Positions 1 through 8,740 are shown, numbered from the stretch's first letter. The stretch is 64,000 nt of DNA from Nitrosomonas sp. (GCF_024282095.1 NZ_JAMWZS010000008.1:6090-70089); one strand, 5' to 3'. Translations and numbers: made by a program. Notes: generated by a model from the letters alone, not told the origin.

Positions 1-382
1 AACTGGCTGAAATAAAGGGTCGAACTGATGATGCGTCCGTACTCAACCCGGCGCAACTTGATCAAATTCGGAGTCTGGATATTTCTGGAAAGCATAGACT
101 GCTTCAAAGAATTCTACATACCTTTCTTGAGTCTACTGAGGTTATATTCGTCAGCTTGAGCAAGCAATAATAAATGGTGATACAAATACTCTATATCGAA
201 CCGCACACACACTGAAGTCCAGTTCAGCTAATATTGGTGCTGAAGACTTATCGGCAATATTCAAACAGCTGGAAAGTTGTGGGAAAGCTGGGGAATTAGT
301 AAATGCAAGATTGCTACAGAAAAACTTGCAGCAACATTATCAACAAGTAATAACCGAAATTAGAAAAATACTCGACCAATGA
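1..382 (+). pseudogene. C-terminal HPt (histidine phosphotransfer) domain of a probable hybrid sensor kinase, partial at the window edge and frameshifted near 140
   Basis: Frame 3 reads LAEIKGRTDDASVLNPAQLDQIRSLD...LHTFLESTE and stops at about 168-170. Frame 2 opens at 140 with GYIRQLEQAIINGDTNTLYRTAHTLKSSSANIGAEDLS...RKILDQ* (TGA 380-382), which carries the HPt motif AHTLKSSSANIGA. One extra G in GAGGTT (138-143) would join the frames. Confidence 0.7.
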
Positions 383-491
383 TGACCGTAGAATCTACTG
401 AAACTTTATCGTCATCAATAAATTGATGAAGGATTTTTCCTTTTCGGAAAGCGGTTACTCATCCAGGCAGCTGAATCCACAGGAATAAATT

Positions 492-2432
492 ATGAAAGTA
501 GCTGATATTAATCAGTTAAAAATTAGCACGTTGTTACCCAGTCCCAAAGGCGTGGCGCTTGCCTTATTGGAAGCCTGTCGGCGAGAAGACGTAACGATCA
601 ATGAGATCACTAAACTTGTCCAAACCGATCCTGCACTCTCGGGTCGTTTGATCCAGCGGGCCAATTCGACCAATCAGACTACGCGTGCTATCACTTCTGT
701 GACAGAAGCGATTTCTCGTGTCGGTTTACTGTCAGTTAAACAACTGGCAATGGGATTCTCACTGATCGATCAATATCAAAAAGGCTCTTGCAAGGAATTC
801 GATTACCAGGAATTCTGGTCACATTCGCTCCTCATGGCAATTGTGATGCAAGAATTAGGTAAGTCGACACGGATATCTGCATCGGATGAATTGTTCGCTT
901 GCGGTTTGATGGCGCGCATCGGTTGTTTAGCGTTAGCTACAATTTATCCGGATAAGTACAGTGAATTAATAGCGCAACAAACGCTCGATACACCGCTGAT
1001 CAGGCTGGAACAACAGCATCTGAAGACTGATCACAACGAATTGACCGCAGCAATGTTGATTAATTTTGGTGTTCCCAAGATTTTTGTTGAATCTGTCTAT
1101 TACCATGAAACGCCGGATGAGTCGGGCTTTTCTGAAGGGTCCCGCCCGTTTCAACTGGTACATTTATTTTATTTAGGAAAGCAGATTGCTGATTTTGGAT
1201 TGGCCGAGGAGTCAGAGCGTAACCAACGAATTTCCGAGTTGATGCTGCTGGGTGGAAAAATCGGTTTGGATGCCGAGTCATTTGGCGCATTGATAGATCA
1301 GGTTATGCAGGAATGGCAGTCGTGGGGGAAAATACTCAAGATATCCGCTGTAGAGCTTCTCCCGCCGTTTCATAAGATGATAAATGCGGCTGCGCCGCGT
1401 CAGGAAAATGACACAGATGTTGCTCCACTGCGGATCCTCGCAGTAGAAGATGATCCATCCAGCCTCATTCTTATCGAGGGATTGCTGGCGAGTACTCGTG
1501 GGCACACATTATTTACCGCAAGTAACGGCCAACAAGCCTTATCTTTAGCGATGGAAATCTCGCCGCATATTGTCATCACTGATTGGATTATGCCGGTGAT
1601 GAGCGGGCTGGAATTAACTAAATCTTTGCGTGCTACCGAATGGGGTCAGAATTTATATATTATTATGCTGACTGGCGTTGAAGACGAGGAAGAAGTCGTC
1701 AAGGCCTTTGATGCAGGCGTCGATGATTATGTGACAAAACCGATCAATTCACGTGCTTTCCGAGCCAGATTACGGGCAGCGTGGCATTATCGAAAGTTGC
1801 AAGAATCCTGGGAGCGTGACCGGGAGCAACTCAAGCGTTTTGCTGCAGAACTGGCCGTCACCAATCGTAAGCTGGAACATTTTGCATTAACCGATGTATT
1901 GACTGAATTGCCTAATCGGCGTGCAGGTATGGAAGCATTAACCGATGTATGGAGTGTTGCGAACCGATCGGGTCAACTGATGGCTGTCATGCTGATTGAT
2001 ATTGATCACTTCAAAAATATCAATGACACCTATGGGCATGCCATTGGCGACAAGGTGCTCAAAGAAGTAGCCATATCGATGAAAGACACTGCGCGAAAAG
2101 GCGATACTTTTTGTCGCATGGGGGGAGAAGAGTTTCTGATTGTTTGTCATAATGGAAATACCGATGCAAAATCTGTTGTTCTTTTTGCAGAGAGAATCCG
2201 CCAACATGTCAGTAAGCAACAAATTCATATTGATGAAGCTCACATTAATATTTCTGTCAGTATCGGCGTTGCCTTAAAAGAAGCGAGCATGAAGAACGAG
2301 GAGCATTTGGTCAATACTGCTGATAAGGCACTTTACGCCGCTAAGAATGCAGGGAGAAATAGAGTTTTTCTGGCACTCGGTGATCGGTTCATTAGCTGTA
2401 GCTCGGACAAACCACTCAATCATTTCGATTAA
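492..2432 (+). CDS. HDOD-REC-GGDEF diguanylate cyclase
   Basis: HDOD start (LPSP...DPALSGRLIQRANS), receiver domain (ILAVEDD...ITDWIMPVMSGLEL...DYVTKP), intact GGEEF with an upstream RxxD I-site (RKGD). Confidence 0.9.
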   Translation: MKVADINQLKISTLLPSPKGVALALLEACRREDVTINEITKLVQTDPALSGRLIQRANSTNQTTRAITSVTEAISRVGLLSVKQLAMGFSLIDQYQKGSCKEFDYQEFWSHSLLMAIVMQELGKSTRISASDELFACGLMARIGCLALATIYPDKYSELIAQQTLDTPLIRLEQQHLKTDHNELTAAMLINFGVPKIFVESVYYHETPDESGFSEGSRPFQLVHLFYLGKQIADFGLAEESERNQRISELMLLGGKIGLDAESFGALIDQVMQEWQSWGKILKISAVELLPPFHKMINAAAPRQENDTDVAPLRILAVEDDPSSLILIEGLLASTRGHTLFTASNGQQALSLAMEISPHIVITDWIMPVMSGLELTKSLRATEWGQNLYIIMLTGVEDEEEVVKAFDAGVDDYVTKPINSRAFRARLRAAWHYRKLQESWERDREQLKRFAAELAVTNRKLEHFALTDVLTELPNRRAGMEALTDVWSVANRSGQLMAVMLIDIDHFKNINDTYGHAIGDKVLKEVAISMKDTARKGDTFCRMGGEEFLIVCHNGNTDAKSVVLFAERIRQHVSKQQIHIDEAHINISVSIGVALKEASMKNEEHLVNTADKALYAAKNAGRNRVFLALGDRFISCSSDKPLNHFD

Positions 2433-2589
2433 ACAGCATCTGCCAATCAACTTCTCCTGCCCCTCTTGTCGATAGCGAGCCTTAACCCCGACTTCCGTAC
2501 CTCCGTAGTAATTCCATTCGGTTTAATGTGAGTTTCCGGATGCTTAAATTATGACATAATTAGCCGTCCTAACTATTTATGATCTAAAA

Positions 2590-3165
2590 GTGACCAAGCA
2601 AAATTCTTTTATTCATTATTCGATATTTTTTTTGGTTGGCATGTTTGGCCTATCAGCAATACACAACCCTGTTCGAGCCGATAATGGAATATGGATTGAT
2701 GTTGATACCATTGAACACACGTTATCGGTGATGCAGGGCAGTACTATTCAAGCAGTATTTAAGAATGTAGCTATCGGGCGCTATGGTACCACTTGGTCCA
2801 AGATGACAAAAGACGACAAAACCCCATTAGGTAGATTCAGAGTCGGCTGGGTCAACGAAAAAAGCCGCTATTATCGTTTTTTTGGCTTGAATTATCCAAA
2901 TCTCGATACAGCTAAACGTGCATTGGATGAAAACAGAATTTCTGAAGAAATTTGGTTATCAATTTTAGAAGCAAAGAACTTGGGAAAGACGCCACCTCAA
3001 AATACACCATTGGGTGGTCACATCGGAATACATGGAATTGGCAGGGGCGATCAAGAAATTCATCATAAATACAACTGGACAAATGGCTGTATTGCGCTCA
3101 CAAATGAGCAGATCGACCAGCTTGGTAAATGGATAAAACCCGGTATCTTAGTGAATATTCGCTAG
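2590..3165 (+). CDS. L,D-transpeptidase family protein (YkuD fold; YafK/COG3034-like)
   Basis: Signal peptide; DDKTPLGRF...LNYPN...GGHIGIHG...WTNGCIALTN with catalytic His and Cys. Confidence 0.8.
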   Translation: MTKQNSFIHYSIFFLVGMFGLSAIHNPVRADNGIWIDVDTIEHTLSVMQGSTIQAVFKNVAIGRYGTTWSKMTKDDKTPLGRFRVGWVNEKSRYYRFFGLNYPNLDTAKRALDENRISEEIWLSILEAKNLGKTPPQNTPLGGHIGIHGIGRGDQEIHHKYNWTNGCIALTNEQIDQLGKWIKPGILVNIR

Positions 3166-3443
3166 AAACCCGGGCAGTCAGCCTATTGATATCATTCGAT
3201 ATGTTGCTAAATACTTGAATTGGTCACTCGAATTAAATAATAATTTACGTCATATAGTTACAAGGTAATCCATGGTTTTGGGATGAGCGTTCTTGTAAAT
3301 TTGTCACAGAATCCATTTATTTTGCAGAAAAAATCAGATAAGATTCCAACGGGTTGCTGATATGTAGGTATCAGTAGCTAGTAAAGTGGCGGATGTTTAT
3401 GCGCATTAAAGCATTAAATAGAATAAACACTGAGGAGATCGGA

Positions 3444-3722
3444 ATGAAAGAAAAAATCAAGCATCCAGTTCGCGTTTTAACACTGGCAGCAATAGCAGGT
3501 GCTTTTATTGGATTAACAGGTTGTGCAACCACAGGTCAGTTAGAAGAATTACAGACTAAAGTTAATGCTGTTGCAGCTGACGCAGCAGCAGCTAAAGCAG
3601 AAGCAGCCGCTGCAAGCGCTAAAGCAAATGATGCAGTACGTATTGCTAATGAAGCAAACAATCGTTCAATGGAAACAGAATCAAAAATTGATCGGATGTT
3701 CAAAAAAGCAATGCATAAGTAA
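3444..3722 (+). CDS. Lpp/OprI-like alanine-zipper outer-membrane lipoprotein
   Basis: SD GAGGAG at 3432-3437 precedes ATG 3444; lipobox LTGC; Ala-rich coiled coil; C-terminal Lys (KAMHK*). Confidence 0.85.
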   Translation: MKEKIKHPVRVLTLAAIAGAFIGLTGCATTGQLEELQTKVNAVAADAAAAKAEAAAASAKANDAVRIANEANNRSMETESKIDRMFKKAMHK

Positions 3723-3747
3723 TCAGTTAGTATTCACAGTAAGAATC

Positions 3748-3777
3748 AAAAAAGCCCCTCATCTGAGGGGCTTTTTT
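3748..3777. terminator. Bidirectional Rho-independent terminator
   Basis: AAAAAA-GCCCCTC-ATCT-GAGGGGC-TTTTTT between the convergent lipoprotein and LDT genes. Confidence 0.85.
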
Positions 3778-3799
3778 ATGAATCACCTCGCTTCACTCT

Positions 3800-4786
3800 T
3801 TAATTATTTTGTGTATGGAATTGAATTTGATGGCGTGAACGTGAGATTAAAACCGGTATTCCATTTTTCTCGATGATTGCTTTTCTTAAAACTTCCTGAT
3901 CAATTTCAAAATCCTCAGTTATATTTTTCTTACTACTTTTTAATGCAAGAAAGTCATTGATAGCATTTATTGTCATTTGTTTGTAGTTAGCAAATTTCTC
4001 TTCATCTTCTTCCAATGGTGGGTGCAGTTCAATAAACAGTGAGTCCAGCAGCCAGCCGACTTTAATAGGCTGATTAACGACCTGCACTTGCGTTCCCAAT
4101 GGAATTTTATCAAATAATGCTTCGATATCTTCAGGGTACATGCGGACACACCCAGCTGAAACACGCATGCCAACACCGAACGGCTTGATTGTTCCATGTA
4201 TCAGATAACTACCGCCACCGATACTTAAGCGCATAGCATGCCGACCCAAGGGATTAGTTGGGCCCGGTGGCACCACACTGGGGTAAGGCTGCTCCCCATT
4301 AGCTATCCGATCCATTTGAAGTGATTTCGGCGGTGTCCAGGTTGGATCTTTCTTTTTATCAACGATCTTTGACACGCCCAGTGGGGTCACCCAATCCATT
4401 CGACCAATCCCCACCGGATGCGTAATAATCATAGGCTTCTCTCCTCTGACAGGTTCCGGGAAGTAGTAAATTCTCATTTCAGGTAGATTGAGTACCAAGC
4501 CTTTGCGATCAGCATGAGGGATAATATATCGACTTGGCAAAACAACTTTTGCACCATCTTCGGGTAACCATCGATCAACCGTCGGATTGGCCAGCAGAAT
4601 CTCAATCTGGCCAATATCGTATTGACGTGCTATATCCAGTAGCGTCTCCTCACGACTTGCATGAGTAGTTCGTATTTGGCCAAAAATATCGACATCATGT
4701 GGCGGAAGCACCCATGTTTCAGCACGAATAGCAGAAACAACAACAAAATTAATTGTGGCAAAAATAAGCAGGGAAAATCTATACAT
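3800..4786 (-). CDS. LysM-containing L,D-transpeptidase (ErfK/YbiS/YcfS/YnhG family)
   Basis: Signal peptide, LysM-like ETLLDIARQYDIG, NLPEMRIYY, HPVGIGR, catalytic LIHGT...SAGCVRM. Confidence 0.9.
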   Translation of the reverse strand: MYRFSLLIFATINFVVVSAIRAETWVLPPHDVDIFGQIRTTHASREETLLDIARQYDIGQIEILLANPTVDRWLPEDGAKVVLPSRYIIPHADRKGLVLNLPEMRIYYFPEPVRGEKPMIITHPVGIGRMDWVTPLGVSKIVDKKKDPTWTPPKSLQMDRIANGEQPYPSVVPPGPTNPLGRHAMRLSIGGGSYLIHGTIKPFGVGMRVSAGCVRMYPEDIEALFDKIPLGTQVQVVNQPIKVGWLLDSLFIELHPPLEEDEEKFANYKQMTINAINDFLALKSSKKNITEDFEIDQEVLRKAIIEKNGIPVLISRSRHQIQFHTQNN

Positions 4787-4920
4787 AAGTCATATCGTAC
4801 AGTATCAACGAAAGAAATAACTACGACAAATGGAATAATAACTGAAATCTTCTTGATAAAAGCAGAAAAACAAATGCAAATTTGAATAGTTAGCCAAGAA
4901 AGCCATCGTGACAACCTCTT

Positions 4921-5064
4921 TAGCAGACCGTTGAAAAACTATCTGCGTTGCCGCTACGGTGTAAAAACAGGCTCAACATGCTCATTTAGCATACATACAC
5001 TACGCTTTCTCACCTGTTTTTGTCTGGTATCGGTTGTCCGAAAGCGTTTTTCAACGGCCCGCTA
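4921..5064. mobile_element. ~140-bp palindromic MITE-like repeat, copy 1
   Basis: Imperfect 18-bp terminal inverted repeats TAGCAGACCGTTGAAAAA / TTTTTCAACGGCCCGCTA; internal stem AAAAACAGG (4963-4971) / CCTGTTTTT (5013-5021); homologous copy near 51600. Confidence 0.8.
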
Positions 5065-5065
5065 G

Positions 5066-5690
5066 ACATACCAGAAAGGGTTTCATCCCACGACGAAGCG
5101 GCTTTCCTTATAGTGCTCCAGCCTTTACGCCAAATTCATAGCGTCTATACACCTTACTCTTTCTTTCACTACCAAGGCATATATACACTGTAACACCGTA
5201 CGTTTATCATTGCGTTGTAGCGTGGATTCTTTTGGCAATCCCGGCAACCAATTGAACCGAGGATGGTTTAGAGGGTGTCGATCGATGGTTTACAGCTTGC
5301 AATGTCACGAATCATTCTTTCAACGTAGATTCGTACCACTGTTATTTGCGCCTAGCTCATTAAATCTGCCGCACGCGTAGTACACAGCTTGTATGTATTC
5401 ATCAGGAACACACACTTTGAGACCGTTCAATCTGCTTCGGCAAGGCAATTCTCAGTTATTTCGCTTGCTTCACCAGCGTTTTTATCGCTAGTAAAAACCT
5501 CTTCTCAGCAAACTACCACAACTTCATTCGATTCGTTGGATTACTGGCTTCAGATAGCGCTCCACCATCAACCGGATCGGTATACCGGGGTGCCTTTTCT
5601 AACAACCCATCAATTTGCTGCTCTGCTAAAAGACAAGTTCGTCTTTTCAACGAAACGGATAGGATGTCTATTAACTCAGCATTTGCCTCG
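5066..5690 (-). pseudogene. Highly degraded IS5-family transposase remnant (boundaries approximate)
   Basis: Minus-strand fragments in different frames (LVKQAK*LRIAL, ERMIRDIAS, RRYEFGVKAG, ESRFVVG*NPF) recall IS5-type transposase motifs such as KPYEFGVK and GRxIRDI; many stops and frameshifts. Confidence 0.55.
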
Positions 5691-5737
5691 ATTCCAGCAA
5701 TCCAACATACTCCTAAAGTGACAATATTTAGAAATTC

Positions 5738-5890
5738 TCAGGGTTTATCAGGAGCAGGTTCAGAGTCTCTCGGTGCATAAGCAGATGGAGGTGGTTTATC
5801 CATCGGGTAGCCGTCCAGACTTTTCTTTCCTTCACAAGCAGTTAATACTAATATTGCAAATGCCGTGGCTAATAGTGAAAATTTAATCAT
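5738..5890 (-). CDS. Small lipoprotein, 50 aa (not in ORF track)
   Basis: MIKFSLLATAFAILVLTAC-EGKKSLDGYPMDKPPPSAYAPRDSEPAPDKP*; lipobox LTAC; GGAG SD upstream. Confidence 0.75.
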   Translation of the reverse strand: MIKFSLLATAFAILVLTACEGKKSLDGYPMDKPPPSAYAPRDSEPAPDKP

Positions 5891-6074
5891 TTAATCTCCG
5901 TGTTTTTCTGTTTACTTGTGTGTAATAGCATAATCGAAGTAGTTTGATTATACAAATTTGAGTTAAATGATTGAATAGCTACAAAGTGTAAAGTTGGATA
6001 TGCTCAACATCCTTCTATCTGACACGCAAATAAAAAATATTGCTTGGCAATCTGCGGTCTTAAATACTTCCAAA

Positions 6075-6105
6075 AAAACAACCGCCCTCTAAAGGCGGTT
6101 GTTTT
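6075..6105 (-). terminator. Rho-independent terminator downstream of the 39-aa lipoprotein gene
   Basis: AAAACAACCGCC (6075-6086) / GGCGGTTGTTTT (6094-6105); U-rich tail on the minus strand. Confidence 0.75.
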
Positions 6106-6130
6106 AAACTAAAAATAAACCAATATTTCA

Positions 6131-6250
6131 TTATTTAGGTGTGCCTTCACGATCATCCATAAAACTGGGTGGATATTGACCTGGTTTTGGCTCACCGCAA
6201 CCAACCAAAAAAGTCGCTAAAAGGGCAGCAATCAATAGAGAGTATTTCAT
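6131..6250 (-). CDS. Small lipoprotein, 39 aa (not in ORF track)
   Basis: MKYSLLIAALLATFLVGC-GEPKPGQYPPSFMDDREGTPK*; lipobox LVGC; AGGAG SD; own terminator. Confidence 0.75.
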   Translation of the reverse strand: MKYSLLIAALLATFLVGCGEPKPGQYPPSFMDDREGTPK

Positions 6251-6428
6251 ATTCTTTATCTCCTATATTCAAAAAAATTTTTGACGAAAAAATAAATTAT
6301 GTAAAACAGCTCATCGATCATTCAGAAATAATAAATGACCACAACCTTAATACCAGAATACAATAATACTGTCCAGAAAAATTAGAGAAATCTATAAAAT
6401 ATCAAATGACAGGAGGTTTGTTAGCTGC

Positions 6429-7526
6429 TTAATTCTTACTCATGATATAACCGCTAACATACCATTGATAAAGGATTTTTTTAGTCTCATTCCCAGTTTC
6501 TGAAGATGGCAGAAATTCCTGATTGTCAGCAAGTTTAATGAGTTCTTTGTATGTATTAATACTTACTTTATAGACTTCACCATTGATGAAAATTTTGTTA
6601 TTACCGCTTAACATTCTACTTTTTAAGTTAAGCTGCACACCATTTTCTTTAATCTGCTGCTGAAATATAGTGGGTGCCAAAGGCTTCGCAGGTTGTTCAA
6701 AAAAAACATGCGTTTTAGGTTCTGAAAGATAAATACCCAGAAAATCTTCGATATCACTGCGGTTCCATTTAATTTTCTTCAATATCGAATTCACCTGAGA
6801 CTGCATTGCTGCATTGATTTTTGACGGATGGGGTTGCAATTGCAAGTCAGGATCGGAATACCTGCCTTCCACCGCAACATTATCTTGCAGATAATCCAGA
6901 AATTGCGTTATCAACTCATGATGACTCGGTGCGCGAAAACCAATGGAATAGGTCATACAGTCACCTTCCGCAATACCGTTATGCGCATAATGAGGCGGCA
7001 GATACAGCATATCACCAGCTTCCAGCACCCATTCCTGTTCGGGTTGAAAATTCCTCAAAATCTTCAGTGGCGCATCAGCAATGAATTGATCGTCCTGTTG
7101 TGCGGATATCTGCCAGCGCCTGGATCCCATTCCTTGTAATAAAAACACATCATAGGAATCAAAATGCGGCCCGACTCCACCGCCTTTAGGCGCATAGCTC
7201 ACCATTAAATCATCCAGGCGAGCATGGGGTATAAAACGAAATTTTGATAATAAATCACGCGCAGATGGAAGAAAATGGTTCACATCCTGTACGAGCAGCG
7301 TCCATTGCTTTTTAGGCAATTTTGACAAATCATTATTACTGAACGGGCCATGCCTGAGATGCCATTTACCATTTTTCTGAACGACAAGGCGGGATTGTGC
7401 ATCTTCATCACATGCCAGCTTCATTAATTCATCGGGTGTTAACAAACCATCGAAACCGGGCAGAGCATTTCTTATCAACAAAGGCTGCTTTTGCCAATAA
7501 TCACGTAAAAAATCTTTGGGCGTCAT
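6429..7526 (-). CDS. roxA: JmjC/cupin 2-oxoglutarate oxygenase, RoxA/YcfD-like (ribosomal protein uL16 hydroxylase family); start uncertain (7526 or 7622)
   Basis: FLRDYWQKQPLLIR, DDLMVSYA..GGGVGPHFDSYDVFLLQG (HxD) and YLPPHYAH (distal His). The ORF-track start at 7670 overlaps msrA by more than 100 nt. Confidence 0.8.
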   Translation of the reverse strand: MTPKDFLRDYWQKQPLLIRNALPGFDGLLTPDELMKLACDEDAQSRLVVQKNGKWHLRHGPFSNNDLSKLPKKQWTLLVQDVNHFLPSARDLLSKFRFIPHARLDDLMVSYAPKGGGVGPHFDSYDVFLLQGMGSRRWQISAQQDDQFIADAPLKILRNFQPEQEWVLEAGDMLYLPPHYAHNGIAEGDCMTYSIGFRAPSHHELITQFLDYLQDNVAVEGRYSDPDLQLQPHPSKINAAMQSQVNSILKKIKWNRSDIEDFLGIYLSEPKTHVFFEQPAKPLAPTIFQQQIKENGVQLNLKSRMLSGNNKIFINGEVYKVSINTYKELIKLADNQEFLPSSETGNETKKILYQWYVSGYIMSKN

Positions 7527-7554
7527 TCCCGCCAAAGCGATAGCCTGTATTTTA

Positions 7555-8208
7555 TTAATGCTCAGTCCCCCACAATTCTTCCAGGCGTTTATCACGTCCA
7601 CAGTTTTTTCGGTAATATCCATATCGAAGTGGATTCTTGATGTAATAATCCTGATGATATTCTTCTGCACGGTAAAATTCGGAGGCGGATAGAATCTCCG
7701 TCACAATAGGCTGAGTAAATCGACCGGATGCTTTCAGCGCCTTTTTTGAAGCCTCTGCCAATTCTTTTTGGTCAGGATTAAGGTAAAAAATCGCACTGCG
7801 ATATTGTGAGCCAATATCACAAAACTGTTGGTTAGGTGTCAGCGGATCAATCGTTAACCAATAAGCTGCCAATAATTTAGAGAAACTGGTTTTTGACTTA
7901 TCAAAATGAACTTGCACAGCTTCCACATGCCCCGTTCTGCCAGCAGATACTTGTTTATACGTTGGATTTATCACTGTACCGCCAATATAACCCGATGTGG
8001 TCGAAACGACTCCGGGTATTTTGTCAAAATCAGATTCAGTGCACCAAAAACAACCGCCGGCAAAAATTGCCACCTCTAGATTCTCGCTTGGTACCTGTGC
8101 AGTTGCTGATTCTGCGATGGGTGTATCCATTTGCTGGCAAGCACTCAATACTAATATGGACAGCAATAAGACAATCATAAAATGCCGTCGACAAAGCCAC
8201 GTCCACAT
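7555..8208 (-). CDS. msrA: Peptide-methionine (S)-S-oxide reductase MsrA with lipoprotein signal
   Basis: GGCFWC active site, AEEYHQDYY; lipobox VLSAC; ATG 8208 follows GGTGAG and the msrB stop. Confidence 0.9.
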   Translation of the reverse strand: MWTWLCRRHFMIVLLLSILVLSACQQMDTPIAESATAQVPSENLEVAIFAGGCFWCTESDFDKIPGVVSTTSGYIGGTVINPTYKQVSAGRTGHVEAVQVHFDKSKTSFSKLLAAYWLTIDPLTPNQQFCDIGSQYRSAIFYLNPDQKELAEASKKALKASGRFTQPIVTEILSASEFYRAEEYHQDYYIKNPLRYGYYRKNCGRDKRLEELWGTEH

Positions 8209-8212
8209 ATAC

Positions 8213-8740
8213 TCACCCCCTCGGTGCCGGCAGTTGATCGGTTTCCAGTACAAACTTTAGCGCCAGTCCGTTATTACACCAGCGCTCACCTCGCGGTGGC
8301 GGTCCATCTTTGAAGACATGCCCCTGATGCCCTCCGCATCGTATACAGTGATATTCAGTGCGCAGAAAAATCAGCTTAAAGTCGCGTCTTGTCCCCATAT
8401 GCCCAGGAATGGGCTGTGTAAAGCTCGGCCATCCAGTCCCGCTCTCATACTTATATTGACTTTCAAACAGCGGCAAATAGCATGCGGCACAGATAAAGGT
8501 CCCTGCTCGATGCTCATGATTTAATTCGCTGCTTCCAGGTTCCTCGGTATGCTCTTCAAATAAAACCCGGTAGGCTTCCGGCGACACCAATCCACGCCAT
8601 GCTTCATGGGGTTTGTTGAGTGGCTCGATTGCAGTTTGCGGATTAATATCACCCGCGACCAATTGTGCCGGTAACAAAAATGAAAGCGCGGGTAAAGCAG
8701 TAACTACACTCATTCCTTGAAGAAAGATGCGTCGTTTCAT
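8213..8740 (-). CDS. msrB: Peptide-methionine (R)-S-oxide reductase MsrB with Tat signal
   Basis: MKRRIFLQ twin-arginine motif; CAAC and CIRC Zn ligands; GWPSF, HQGHVF, RWCNNG. Confidence 0.9.
   Translation of the reverse strand: MKRRIFLQGMSVVTALPALSFLLPAQLVAGDINPQTAIEPLNKPHEAWRGLVSPEAYRVLFEEHTEEPGSSELNHEHRAGTFICAACYLPLFESQYKYESGTGWPSFTQPIPGHMGTRRDFKLIFLRTEYHCIRCGGHQGHVFKDGPPPRGERWCNNGLALKFVLETDQLPAPRG

Noticed and set aside
412-429. Palindrome TCATCAAT-AA-ATTGATGA resembling an FNR box
   Set aside because: Half-sites are in the reverse order (ATCAA..TTGAT) of the FNR consensus; no other support for a regulator site.
5389-5721. 110-aa plus-strand ORF
   Set aside because: No recognisable motifs; lies antisense to the IS5 transposase remnant, so likely a shadow ORF.
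6169-6366. 65-aa plus-strand ORF
   Set aside because: Antisense to the better-supported 39-aa lipoprotein, which has an SD, lipobox and terminator.
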